Source of the DNA: an uncultured Verrucomicrobiae bacterium
GTDB taxonomy: Bacteria; Verrucomicrobiota; Verrucomicrobiia; Chthoniobacterales; Chthoniobacteraceae
Direction: 5' to 3'
Assembly (NCBI GenBank): GCA_963836755.1
Contig: CAWIKF010000002.1
Coordinates: 544,001 to 608,000, forward strand
Length of the DNA stretch: 64,000 bases
Shown: positions 39,723-49,290 of the stretch, piece by piece
Position numbering within the stretch: the stretch's first letter is position 1
Layout of the letters: each line of letters begins with the position of its first letter
Notes under the pieces: generated by a model
What the model was told of the DNA's origin: nothing
The model's database searches: none
The model's input: only the letters and a program-made list of their open reading frames with translations
Position numbers and translations under genes: made by a program

Positions 39723-41315
39723 ATGACTTCCCCGTTTCCACCCATGAACCGACTCTTCGCTTGCGCGGCTTTTTTGCTCTTGACGATTCCCATTGGCCGG
39801 GCAGAAGACACAGCTGTGCCGCAGAAGAATGAAGTTGGCGCGGTGATCGCACCGATAGCTCCGGGTCCTTTTAAGGAGGATTTGGATTCGCTAAAGAACT
39901 ATAGGTGCCCGGAGTGGTTTCGTGATGCGAAGTTCGGCATTTGGGCGCATTGGGGGCCGCAAGCAGTGCCGGCGAATGGCGATTGGTATGCACGCAAAAT
40001 GTATATTCAAGGGGATGGCGATTATAAGTCTCACCTCGAGACCTATGGGCATCCTTCAAAGAGTGGCTACAAGGATATCATCCCGCTTTGGAAGGCAGAG
40101 AAATGGGATCCGGTGGCTTTGATGGCGCTCTACAAGAAGGCAGGCGCGCACTACTTTGTAAGCATGGGTTGTCATCATGATGACTTCGATTTGTGGAACT
40201 CGCAGTTCCATAGCTGGAATGCAGTCAGGATGGGACCTAAACGGGATGTGGTGGGTGAATGGCAGAAGGCTGCAAAGGATCAGGGACTGCCGTTCGGTGT
40301 GTCGGAGCATCTCGGTGCGAGCTATACTTGGTTCCAGACGAGTCATGGGTCGGATAAGACCGGGCCTTTGGCCGGTGTGCCTTACGATGGAGCAGACCCA
40401 GCCTATCAGGAGCTATACCATCCGCCTACGAAGCCAGGCGACAACGCATGGTATACGACCGACCCCGTCAACCAGGAGGATTGGCAGAAGCGCATTCGCG
40501 ATTTGATCAATAGCTACCATCCGGACTTGCTCTACAGCGATGGAGGCCTTCCTTTTGGCGCGCTGGGCAGAAGCACGGTGGCGCATCTTTATAACACCAA
40601 CATCGCGAGCAACGATGGGAAGCTCACGGCTGTCTATAACTGCAAAGATCCCCACAACTCCAAACCTGGTCACGGTGCATTCACTCCCGGCACCTGCGTG
40701 CAGGACATCGAACGCGGAGCCATGACGGCCATCAACGAGTATCCCTGGCAGACCGATACCTCCAATGGCGACTGGTTTTATAGAAAAGGCGATCACTACA
40801 AGAACACCGGGGTGGTATTGCACTTGCTCGCAGACATCGTTAGCAAAAATGGAAATCTCCTGCTCAACGTCGTGCTTCGCCCCGATGGCTCGCTTCCGCC
40901 TGAATCCGAGGAGCTGGTGAAAGGGCTGACCGCTTGGATGCCAGTCAATAGTGAAGCGATTTTCGGCACGCGGCCATGGGTGGTTTATGGCGAAGGTCCG
41001 ACAGTCGTCAAAGGCGGCTCCTTCAAGGAAACCTTTTCCTTCACGGCGGAAGATATTCGCTTTACCACCAAAGACAGCTCTCTCTACGCAATCACTCTTG
41101 GCATCCCGAAAGGCCCGATCGTCATCAAGTCGCTCGGCAGCAAGTCAGCCACCGGCGGCAACGCGATCTCCGAAGTGACTTTGCTCGGCAGCAAGGAAAA
41201 ACTCGACTGGAAGCAGCAGGACGATGCGTTGGTGATCCAGCCCGCGAAGGATTGGCCGACGAGCGAATCGGTTGTTTTCAAAATCGCAGGAGCTTTGCCG
41301 CAGAAGAAGTCGTAA
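39723..41315 (+). CDS. Alpha-L-fucosidase (GH29), exported
   Basis: PEWFRDAKFGIWAHWG, HHDDFDLW, LLYSDG, DIERG, DIVSKNGNLLLN, EAIFGTRPW. Start 39723 or 39744. Confidence 0.92.
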   Translation: MTSPFPPMNRLFACAAFLLLTIPIGRAEDTAVPQKNEVGAVIAPIAPGPFKEDLDSLKNYRCPEWFRDAKFGIWAHWGPQAVPANGDWYARKMYIQGDGDYKSHLETYGHPSKSGYKDIIPLWKAEKWDPVALMALYKKAGAHYFVSMGCHHDDFDLWNSQFHSWNAVRMGPKRDVVGEWQKAAKDQGLPFGVSEHLGASYTWFQTSHGSDKTGPLAGVPYDGADPAYQELYHPPTKPGDNAWYTTDPVNQEDWQKRIRDLINSYHPDLLYSDGGLPFGALGRSTVAHLYNTNIASNDGKLTAVYNCKDPHNSKPGHGAFTPGTCVQDIERGAMTAINEYPWQTDTSNGDWFYRKGDHYKNTGVVLHLLADIVSKNGNLLLNVVLRPDGSLPPESEELVKGLTAWMPVNSEAIFGTRPWVVYGEGPTVVKGGSFKETFSFTAEDIRFTTKDSSLYAITLGIPKGPIVIKSLGSKSATGGNAISEVTLLGSKEKLDWKQQDDALVIQPAKDWPTSESVVFKIAGALPQKKS

Positions 41316-41401
41316 GCGAACGTCCGCTCGCTGCGTATCCGTCATTTCTGGTTGCCAGCGGCGAAAGTCGCGACATAGTAGCTGCGCCTTTGGAAGTGCA
41401 C

Positions 41402-41490
41402 GGAAGGATGGCTGAGCCCGGTCTAAGGCACTCGACTCGAAATCGAGCGTTGGGTAAAACCAACCGTGGGTTCGAATCCCACTCCTTCCG
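41402..41490 (+). tRNA. tRNA-Ser (anticodon CGA), long variable arm, CCA not encoded
   Basis: Acceptor GGAAGGA/TCCTTCC; anticodon arm CTCGA-CTCGAAA-TCGAG; variable arm GTTGG..CCAAC; T-loop GGTTCGAATCC; discriminator G. Confidence 0.95.
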
Positions 41491-41549
41491 CTCTAAGCCT
41501 CATGGTTAAAGGATTCAGGCGCTAAAGGGTGAGTTTGGCAGAATTTTTT

Positions 41550-41603
41550 TGCACAATATTGCACGCTTCTGCACCGCCGAAATTCGGACACCAATCGGAC
41601 ACC
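41550..41603 (+). repeat. Short direct repeats at the island junction (possible integrase arm/excisionase sites)
   Basis: TGCAC at 41550, 41560 and 41570; TCGGACACC at 41584 and 41595. Confidence 0.55.
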
Positions 41604-41755
41604 GCATCTGCGAGAGGGGTTAATGATTCCTCAAGAATGCGGTCAAACTTTTTCTGTTTCCGCCGTCGTATTTGTAAAACGGTAAAGCTGGGGGAGCTTT
41701 TTGAGCGAATGCACTAACCGAAAAACGAATGCAATCGCCGCCGAAAAAAGAAGTC

Positions 41756-42103
41756 TCATTGCGAAATGGCTCTCGTTCCACGGCATTGCGGAAAACCGAT
41801 GCACCCCCAAAATTTTGAGCCTGCTTTGGCCCCCTTTGTGGCCGTGCGCAAAATCATTGGAGTGCCGCAAGCGGGACATTTGGGAGCGCTTAACACTTCA
41901 TCGTCCGACATATCGCTATATTTTCGCGTCTGTCTTTTTACGCGCCGCTTGCGCTTCTAATCCCCAACTTTTCCTAAACTCCAATGCTCAAAAATTGTCC
42001 ACGCGAGCCCAATCAGAATCGCGAGAAAAGCCAATGGAAAGAGTTTCGTGAAAACTTGGTGCTGTAGCTCTTGAGGGAGTGCCTGTAAGGGGTCTGCTGC
42101 CAT
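41756..42103 (-). pseudogene. TM-anchored topoisomerase-type C4 zinc-ribbon protein with in-frame TAG
   Basis: MAADPLQ..LFPLAFLAILIGLAWTIF..KVGD*KRKRR..PKCPACGTPMILRTATKGAKAGSKFWGCIGFPQCRGTR. TAG at 41957-41959. An intact 51-aa ORF from ATG 41911 is also possible. Confidence 0.75.
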
Positions 42104-42177
42104 TTCTTTGAATCTTTCAGGAAGTCTCCCTCATTTCAAACGTCCGCAAACTTTACCACGACGCAATAATCAAAATT

Positions 42178-42612
42178 ATGGCATCCAAGAGAGCAAGCGA
42201 CGAACTGTATGTCACACAGGTTAAAATTTTCACAGATGCGGGCGGTAGGGAAATCCAGCCTAGAGAAGAAAGGCAATACGAAATCCCACAGCGAACCGGA
42301 AATATGAACTACAAGGGCGACAATATTACCTTCTACCTCGATTTTCCGTTGGCACTGACAAGGGACGGAGCGACGACGGGCGGAATCAGGACGTATGTTA
42401 CCTATAAAATTGGGAAAACAAAAACGAAGGTGCAAACGGTATTCACCAATCGGGAGGCAGTTGTTACTGCTTTCGATATGGGTAATTTGCGAATGACGGG
42501 GTGTATGCCTATACTGCAACCTTTGTTAAATAAGGTTCGGAGGAAAAGCTGTAGCTTGCTGCACAACAAAAGCGAAACGAATGCCACGCTATCAGAAGCA
42601 AGAAAAAAATAG
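42178..42612 (+). CDS. Hypothetical protein or gene fragment (AT-richer)
   Basis: 144-aa ORF with protein-like composition; no motif recognised. Confidence 0.3.
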   Translation: MASKRASDELYVTQVKIFTDAGGREIQPREERQYEIPQRTGNMNYKGDNITFYLDFPLALTRDGATTGGIRTYVTYKIGKTKTKVQTVFTNREAVVTAFDMGNLRMTGCMPILQPLLNKVRRKSCSLLHNKSETNATLSEARKK

Positions 42613-42880
42613 ATTCGGGAGGATTTGGAGTAGTCTATCGGGCGAAACGAATCGAAGACGGCGACATTTTTGCCTATAAGGAACTTAGCGCCGACGCTAC
42701 GGCTTCCGACAAAAAACGATTTGCTCGCGAGGTTGGAATCCAATCGAAATTGGAGCACGATAACATCGTCCCAATCATCGGATATGATTTAGAGAGGGAC
42801 ACGCTATTCTTTAGTATGCCGCTGGCGGAAGGTAGTCTGAGGGAAGAGTGCCTAACATTGCGGGACCATTCCCTGCAGAT
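42581..42880 (+). pseudogene. Ser/Thr protein kinase N-lobe, frameshifted and truncated
   Basis: MPRYQKQEK, then a +1 shift in the A7 run (42603-42609), then IDSGGFGVVYRA..FAYKEL..RFAREV..LEHDNIVPII..FSMPLAEGSL. No HRD/DFG follows. Confidence 0.8.
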
Positions 42881-42927
42881 GGCATCGACGGCGCGGTTGA
42901 TCCGCGTGCAGGTTTCTTTAGCGGTAA

Positions 42928-42992
42928 CGTCGAGAAACCGATCTGGTAGGTGGAAAAAGTGTAAAGCAGCAAAAACGAGTTTTCATACAAAA
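42928..42992 (+). repeat. Left copy of diverged inverted repeat (pairs with 60062-60127)
   Basis: CGTCGAGAA..TGGTAG..AAAAAGTGTAAAG..AAAAA..CATA.AAA shared with the reverse complement of 60062-60127. Confidence 0.7.
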
Positions 42993-43089
42993 TCAGTGGG
43001 AGACGCCGAACCCTAGTGTTGGAACAGTCGTAAGAAAGGTTGCTCAATCTCCGGCTCGATTCCCGAACTGTTAACCTCTGTCGCTTGCT

Positions 43090-43782
43090 TTATGTCGCAT
43101 CATCGTTATTCGCGAATCGATAGCCGATACCAGGTTCCGTCTTAATCAAGACCGGATGTGCGGAGTTGCGCTCGATCTTCTGGCGCAGATGGGTGACGTA
43201 AACGCGCAGATACTGCCGGTGCTCCTCGCTTTTCGGTCCCCACACTTCACGCAGGATTTGGCGATGCGTTAGAACGCGCCCGGCATGGCGCACGAAGAAT
43301 CGGAGCAGCGCGTATTCTGTTGCGCTGAGTTTCACTTCGTTGCCGTCGCGCGTGACGATGCGGCTGATGAGATCGATGCTCAGGCCGTCTCTATTAAAAA
43401 TGGTTTCGTTTTCCGCGGGCTTTGCCCGGCGTTGCGCGACGCGCAGGCGAGCGAGCAGTTCGACAGCGCTGAACGGTTTCGTCACATAATCGTCGGCACC
43501 GGCATCGAGCGCTGCCACTTTTTGTTCCTCACGGTCGCGAACGGAGAGAATCACTACAGGGGTTTCGCTCCACTCACGCAGTCTCTTTAAAACTTCCACA
43601 CCGTCGAAATCAGGCAGACCGAGATCGAGAATGATCACATCTGGTCGGCGCGTCGCCGCTTCCGCCAGTCCATGCTGGCCCGTTTCGGCTTCGCAAACCA
43701 CATAGTCGTTCGCTTCCAAAGCGACGCGCAACAGGCGGCGAATTTGCACTTCGTCGTCGATGATCAGCACGCTCGGTTTCAT
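43090..43782 (-). CDS. kdpE: Response regulator KdpE
   Basis: IIDDE, ILDLGLPD, GADDYVTKPF, YLRVYVTHLRQK, TEPGIGYR. Confidence 0.95.
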   Translation of the reverse strand: MKPSVLIIDDEVQIRRLLRVALEANDYVVCEAETGQHGLAEAATRRPDVIILDLGLPDFDGVEVLKRLREWSETPVVILSVRDREEQKVAALDAGADDYVTKPFSAVELLARLRVAQRRAKPAENETIFNRDGLSIDLISRIVTRDGNEVKLSATEYALLRFFVRHAGRVLTHRQILREVWGPKSEEHRQYLRVYVTHLRQKIERNSAHPVLIKTEPGIGYRFANNDDAT

Positions 43783-46442
43783 GCACTGAGGCTTGCTTCT
43801 TTTGGTAATTCGAGTTGCTCCGTCGCAGGAAGTTTCACCACAAAACGCGCGCCACCGTCGGGGCGATTCGAAGCCGTAAGTTCCCCGCCATGCGCTCCGA
43901 CAAGCCGGCGGGCAATGGAAAGTCCAAGGCCGATACCGCCCGCGGGAGCGCTTGCGCTTCGGTAAAATTTGTCAAACACCCGTTGCTCTTCGCCTCCTTT
44001 CAATCCCGCTCCGCGATCGGCAACCGCAAAGCGCAGCGACCCTTCCGCGCGCGTGGCGCTGACTTCGATCAGCGAACCTTCCGGGCTGTAAAGAGTCGCG
44101 TTCGAGACGAGAGTCGAAAGCACTTGCTCGATCAAGCCCGAGTCGACGTGGATCGGCGGCAGATCGGGCGCAATTTCGATTTTCAAAATATGCTCTCGCG
44201 TTTGTTCCGACACACGCGCGAGCGCTTCGCGCACAAGCTCGCCAGCATCGCACCACTCCAGATTCGGCTTCATCAGGCCAGAATCCAGCCGCGTCATATC
44301 GAGCAAATTATCGACGACGCGCGTCAGTCGAATGACCGCGTGGCGTATTTCACGAAAAGTGGACTGCTCCCGTGGATCCTGTTCCAGAGCGGCTGAGATG
44401 GCTGCCAGCGGAGTTTTCAATTCATGGGAAACGCTGTCGAAAAGCGTTTGCTGGAGTTTCTCGGATTGCGCGGCGACCTGCATGCGGCGGCTGGCTTGCG
44501 TGAGGCGATCCTTTTCCACCGTGACTGCAATTTGCGCTGCAAAAGCTTCGAGCAATTCGCGCTGGCGCATCGTGATTTGCGTTTCGGGCGGAAACTTTAC
44601 TGCGAGCACACCTTCCACATTTTCGCCGGCGAGCAGCGGCAGATGCAGCGCCTCGGCATCGGGCAGCGTGTCAGTGAATCGCCCGGCCGGTTCGCGCTTT
44701 TGAAAAGCCCACGACGCAACGCTTTCTTCCTTCGCGCTCAATGCAAAACTGCTCGCCGGATGCGCCGCTCCCGTAAAAGCGCCCGACTCGTCGCGCAAGA
44801 GCAGCGCGGCTTTCGCGCCGAAAGTGTCGCCGATTTTCTGCGCGACCGTCGCGACGGTTTCTTCGATGTCTGGGCTCGCGGCCAGCGCGCGCGTGAGATG
44901 ATAAAGCGCCGTCGCACGCACCTCGCCGCGACGCTCGGCTTCCTCGCGTTCGCGCAGCCGTGCAGTGAGATGGCCAACGATCAGCGCGACCGCGAAATAC
45001 ATCACGAACATGATGCCGTCGCGCACTTCACCGATGTAAAAAGTGTATTTCGGCGGGATGAACAAAAAGTCCCACAGCCCCGCGCTCAAGCTGGCGAGAA
45101 AAAGCGTCGGCCAGCGGCGAAGTCGTGTCGCGGCAACGATCACGGCGAGCAAATAAATCAGCGCGATCGCCCAGTAACCGGCGATCGGCTCGAGCGCCAA
45201 ACCCGAGATCGTCACCACAGCCGCGACACACAAGCTCGCGATGTAGCCGCGCCAATCGGCCGGCTTATTTTGCTCGGATTCAGGCGCAGAGCGCTCCGGC
45301 GGCGATTCGGTGCGGACGAGATGCACATCGATGTCCCCGCTGTTTCGCACGATCCAATCGACTGGCGATTGCCGGAAAAATTTGCGCCACTTTTTTTCGA
45401 CGCCCGGTTTTCCGAGGATGATCTGCGAGACGTTGTGCTGCTGCGCCACGCGCAAAAGGGCCGCGCCGACATCCGCGCTTTCAATGGTGATCACCTCCGC
45501 GCCGAGCTGCCGCGCGAGCGCCAGGTTCAGCCCGAGCCGGACTTCATCGAGCGGAGTCAGCGCGCTCAACGTCTCCACATAAACCGCAAGCCAGCTCGCC
45601 TCCATCGAGGCCGCGGCACGCCGTGCCCAGCGGATCAATTGCTCCGACGACGGGCTCGGGCTGATTGCAACGAGCAAGCGATCGCCGGCCTTCCACGGCT
45701 GCGCGGCGACTTGCGTTGGTTTTAACTCGCGCAACTGCCGGTCCACATGCTCCGCAGTCAAACGCAGCGCCATTTCGCGTAGCGCGACGAGATTGCTTTC
45801 GCGAAAAAAATTGTCCGCAGCTGCTGCCGCACGGTCACCGAGATAGACTTTTCCCTCGTCGAGCCGGCGGCGAATTTGTGTCGGCGTCAGATCAATGAGC
45901 GAGATGTCGCAGGCACGGTCGAGCAGCGAATCCGGCACTGTTTCGCGCACCGTGATTCCGGTGATTTGCGCCACGGTATCTTTGCGACTTTCGACGTGCT
46001 GGACGTTGAGCGTTGTGTAGACATTGATGCCCGCATCGAGCAGCTCCAGCACGTCCTGGTAGCGTTTCGGATGACGGCTGCCGGGGGCGTTCGTGTGCGC
46101 GAGTTCGTCCACGAGCACGAGCTGCGGATGCCACACGAGAATCGCGTCGAGGTCCATTTCTTCGAGCATCGCGCCGCGATACGGCACCTGCATTCGCGGC
46201 AAAACGGGCACGCCTTCCAGTAGGGCAATCGTCTCCTTTCGCCCGTGCGTTTCGACAATTCCCGCAACAACTTCCACACCCTGCCCGCGCTTTTCCTGAG
46301 CAGCCAAAAGCATCGCGTAGGTTTTTCCCACGCCGGGGCACATGCCGAAGAAAATCTTCAGCCGTCCGCGTTGCGCCTTGTCGCGCTCCCGCGTCACGGA
46401 AGCGAGCAGCGCGTCGGGATCGGGCCTGGCTTCTTCGCTCAC
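43779..46442 (-). CDS. kdpD: Sensor histidine kinase KdpD
   Basis: GMCPGVGKTYAML, LVDELAHTN, USP domain, 4 TM, GAF, VSHELKTPL, GLGLSI. Confidence 0.96.
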   Translation of the reverse strand: MSEEARPDPDALLASVTRERDKAQRGRLKIFFGMCPGVGKTYAMLLAAQEKRGQGVEVVAGIVETHGRKETIALLEGVPVLPRMQVPYRGAMLEEMDLDAILVWHPQLVLVDELAHTNAPGSRHPKRYQDVLELLDAGINVYTTLNVQHVESRKDTVAQITGITVRETVPDSLLDRACDISLIDLTPTQIRRRLDEGKVYLGDRAAAAADNFFRESNLVALREMALRLTAEHVDRQLRELKPTQVAAQPWKAGDRLLVAISPSPSSEQLIRWARRAAASMEASWLAVYVETLSALTPLDEVRLGLNLALARQLGAEVITIESADVGAALLRVAQQHNVSQIILGKPGVEKKWRKFFRQSPVDWIVRNSGDIDVHLVRTESPPERSAPESEQNKPADWRGYIASLCVAAVVTISGLALEPIAGYWAIALIYLLAVIVAATRLRRWPTLFLASLSAGLWDFLFIPPKYTFYIGEVRDGIMFVMYFAVALIVGHLTARLREREEAERRGEVRATALYHLTRALAASPDIEETVATVAQKIGDTFGAKAALLLRDESGAFTGAAHPASSFALSAKEESVASWAFQKREPAGRFTDTLPDAEALHLPLLAGENVEGVLAVKFPPETQITMRQRELLEAFAAQIAVTVEKDRLTQASRRMQVAAQSEKLQQTLFDSVSHELKTPLAAISAALEQDPREQSTFREIRHAVIRLTRVVDNLLDMTRLDSGLMKPNLEWCDAGELVREALARVSEQTREHILKIEIAPDLPPIHVDSGLIEQVLSTLVSNATLYSPEGSLIEVSATRAEGSLRFAVADRGAGLKGGEEQRVFDKFYRSASAPAGGIGLGLSIARRLVGAHGGELTASNRPDGGARFVVKLPATEQLELPKEASLSA

Positions 46443-46447
46443 GAAAT

Positions 46448-46987
46448 CTACTTTAGTTCATCAAGAGCGAGATTGAGAGCGAGAACGTTCACTCGCGGCT
46501 CGCCGAGCACACCGAATTGCGGCGGTTCCGTGAAATCGAGCAACAGTTTTGCGATCTGGTCGGGCGTTATGTGACGAGCGGCTGCGACTCGCAAAGCCTG
46601 TTGTGATGCGGCTTCCGGGCTGATGTGCGGATCGAGCCCGCTCGCCGATGCTGTCAGCAAATCGACTGGGGCGTTGTCGCCAAACTTTGCACGGCGCTCC
46701 TCGATCGCCTTCGTGAGATCGCTGCTCGTCGGGCCCTTGTTGCTCGCACCCGAAGCGACGGTCGCGTAATCAGCCGCTGACGGACGCGGCCAGAAATAGC
46801 GCGGATTCACAAACTTTTGCGCGATCAACTTTGAGCCAATAAGCCTATTGTCACGCATCACGAGCGATCCCTCCGCTTGATGCGAAAACGCAATCCGCGA
46901 AATGGCTGTGATCGCGAGCGGATAGATAACGCCCGTGAGCAATGTGAACACGAGAAGAATGCGGATGGATTGGACGATGGTTTTCAT
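46448..46987 (-). CDS. kdpC: K+-transporting ATPase subunit C
   Basis: LLTGVIYPL, YFWPRPS, TASASGLDPHIS, GEPRVNVLALNLALD. Confidence 0.95.
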   Translation of the reverse strand: MKTIVQSIRILLVFTLLTGVIYPLAITAISRIAFSHQAEGSLVMRDNRLIGSKLIAQKFVNPRYFWPRPSAADYATVASGASNKGPTSSDLTKAIEERRAKFGDNAPVDLLTASASGLDPHISPEAASQQALRVAAARHITPDQIAKLLLDFTEPPQFGVLGEPRVNVLALNLALDELK

Positions 46988-47175
46988 AAAGTTGCCGGAC
47001 GAGATTGCGGGCGCGGATTGCTGACAAACCACGTCCACGACGGCTCTGGCTCTTGTTTCGCAACGATGGCTTCCGATTCTTCATCCAATGCAGCGAGACA
47101 TTCGTGCAGCCGTTTTTCGAAAAATTCGGGCGCGGTATCAACCGGCACAAAAATGAAGGCGATGGTGGATTTCAT
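46984..47175 (-). CDS. Small hypothetical protein (63 aa) between kdpB and kdpC
   Basis: Starts 13 nt after the kdpB stop behind an A-rich leader; stop overlaps the kdpC ATG (ATGA). Confidence 0.55.
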   Translation of the reverse strand: MKSTIAFIFVPVDTAPEFFEKRLHECLAALDEESEAIVAKQEPEPSWTWFVSNPRPQSRPATL

Positions 47176-47188
47176 ATTGATTTGTGAT

Positions 47189-49264
47189 TCATGCGAGGTG
47201 CAGCGCGACGAGCGCGAGGTCTATGGCTTTGATGCCGATGAACGGCGCAACGATGCCGCCGACGCCATAGATCAGGACGTTACGCGTGAGCACTTGCGCG
47301 GCGCCGACGGCGCGATATTTCACGCCTGCCAGCGCGAGCGGAATCAGCGCGACGATGATCAGTGCGTTGAAAATGACGGCGCTCAAAATCGCGCTCGCGG
47401 GCGAGTGCAGGCGCATGATGTTCAACGCGTCGAGCGGGCCGTGCGCGGTGCCGCTGACGGCGTAAAGCAGGCCGAACATCGCGGGCAGAATCGCGAAGTA
47501 TTTCGCCACATCGTTTGCGATGGAAAACGTCGTGAGCGCGCCCCGGGTCATCAGCAGTTGCTTCCCGATTTCGACGATTTCGATGAGCTTCGTCGGGTTG
47601 CTGTCGAGGTCGACCATGTTGCCGGCTTCGCGCGCGGCTTGCGTGCCGGTATTCATCGCGACGCCGACATCAGCTTGCGCCAAAGCGGGCGCGTCGTTCG
47701 TGCCGTCGCCGGTCATCGCGACGAGCCTGCCGTGCGCCTGCTCATCACGAATGCGCCGCAGTTTGTCCTCGGGCGTGGCTTGCGCCATGAAGTCGTCCAC
47801 GCCGGCTTCTGCAGCGATCGCGCCGGCGGTGAGCGGGTTGTCGCCGGTGATCATCACGGTGCGAATTCCCATTTTTCGGAGTTGCGCGAAACGCTCGCGG
47901 ATGCCGCCTTTGACCACATCTTTCAGCTCGATCACACCGAGCGTTTCGCGTCCCCGCGCGACGACAAGCGGGGTCGCGCCGCGCTTGGAAACTTCATCTA
48001 CGGACTTCGCGACTGCCGAAGGATAAATGCCGCCGAGAGACTCCACGAGCTGCTGCACAGACTGCGCCGCCCCTTTGCGAATCGAGATCGCCGCCTGTCC
48101 GTCGAGCCCCGCGAAATCGACGCCGCTCATGCGCGTTTGCGCGGTGAACGGCACGAACGTCGCGTGCGGTTCGGCGACTTCGCGCCCGCGCAGATTGTAT
48201 TTTTCTTTCGCCAAAACGACGATGCTCCGGCCCTCGGGAGTTTCGTCGGCGAGCGACGCGAGCTGCGCGGCATCGGCGAGCTGCGCGTCGGTAAATCCCG
48301 GCGCGGGAATGAACGCGGACGCCATGCGGTTTCCCATCGTGATCGTGCCGGTTTTGTCGAGCAGCAGCACGTCAATGTCGCCCGCGGCTTCGACCGCGCG
48401 GCCCGATGTCGCGAGCACGTTTCGGCGCACGAGCCGGTCGATTCCGCTGATGCCAATCGCGCTCAAAAGCCCGCCGATCGTCGTCGGAATCAAACACACG
48501 AGCAGCGCGATGAGCACCGGCATCGAGACATCCACGACGCCGTTTTGGCCCGCCGCTTTTTCCGAATAATGCGCGAACGCCGGCAGCGTAAAAACCGCCA
48601 GCACAAAGAGCGCGGTGAGGCTCACGAGCAAGATTCCGAGCGCGATTTCGTTCGGCGTTTTTTGCCGTTTCGCGCCTTCTACCATCGCGATCATGCGGTC
48701 GATGAAAGTGTCGCCTTGCTCGCTCGTGATTCGGATTACGATGCGGTCGCTGATGACGCGCGTGCCGCCGGTGACGGCGCTGCGGTCGCCGCCGCTTTCG
48801 CGAATGACCGGCGCGCTTTCACCCGTAATCGCAGACTCGTCCACGCTCGCGATTCCCTCGATGACTTCTCCGTCGCCTGGGATCGCGTCGCCGGATTCGC
48901 ACACGACGAGATCGCCTTTTTTTAAATCACTCGCCGCGGCGCTTTCCTCGCGGCCGTTCACGAGCCGGCGCGCCATCGTGGTCGTGCGCATCGCGCGGAG
49001 CGCTGCGGCCTGCGCTTTGCCGCGACCTTCTGCCATCGCCTCGGCGAAATTTGCAAACAGCACCGTGAACCAAAGCCAGATTGTGAGCTGCAAATAGAAG
49101 CCGCTGAAATGCGCGACCGTAATGAAGCTCGTGACTACCGAGCCGACAAAAACAACGAACATCACCGGGTTTTTCGACTGCACGCGCGGGTCGAGTTTCT
49201 TGCACGCGTCGAGCACTGCTGGATGCAGCAGCGCCGGGTCGAAGATGGAGGATTTTGTGTTCAT
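47189..49264 (-). CDS. kdpB: K+-transporting ATPase subunit B
   Basis: [48 protein letters not shown]. Confidence 0.97.
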   Translation of the reverse strand: MNTKSSIFDPALLHPAVLDACKKLDPRVQSKNPVMFVVFVGSVVTSFITVAHFSGFYLQLTIWLWFTVLFANFAEAMAEGRGKAQAAALRAMRTTTMARRLVNGREESAAASDLKKGDLVVCESGDAIPGDGEVIEGIASVDESAITGESAPVIRESGGDRSAVTGGTRVISDRIVIRITSEQGDTFIDRMIAMVEGAKRQKTPNEIALGILLVSLTALFVLAVFTLPAFAHYSEKAAGQNGVVDVSMPVLIALLVCLIPTTIGGLLSAIGISGIDRLVRRNVLATSGRAVEAAGDIDVLLLDKTGTITMGNRMASAFIPAPGFTDAQLADAAQLASLADETPEGRSIVVLAKEKYNLRGREVAEPHATFVPFTAQTRMSGVDFAGLDGQAAISIRKGAAQSVQQLVESLGGIYPSAVAKSVDEVSKRGATPLVVARGRETLGVIELKDVVKGGIRERFAQLRKMGIRTVMITGDNPLTAGAIAAEAGVDDFMAQATPEDKLRRIRDEQAHGRLVAMTGDGTNDAPALAQADVGVAMNTGTQAAREAGNMVDLDSNPTKLIEIVEIGKQLLMTRGALTTFSIANDVAKYFAILPAMFGLLYAVSGTAHGPLDALNIMRLHSPASAILSAVIFNALIIVALIPLALAGVKYRAVGAAQVLTRNVLIYGVGGIVAPFIGIKAIDLALVALHLA

Positions 49265-49290
49265 ATTTTTGGAAAATTTGCGTGTGGTTT

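Noticed and set aside
46877..48925. 682-aa plus-strand ORF
   Set aside because: Antisense shadow of kdpB, typical of GC-rich codon bias.
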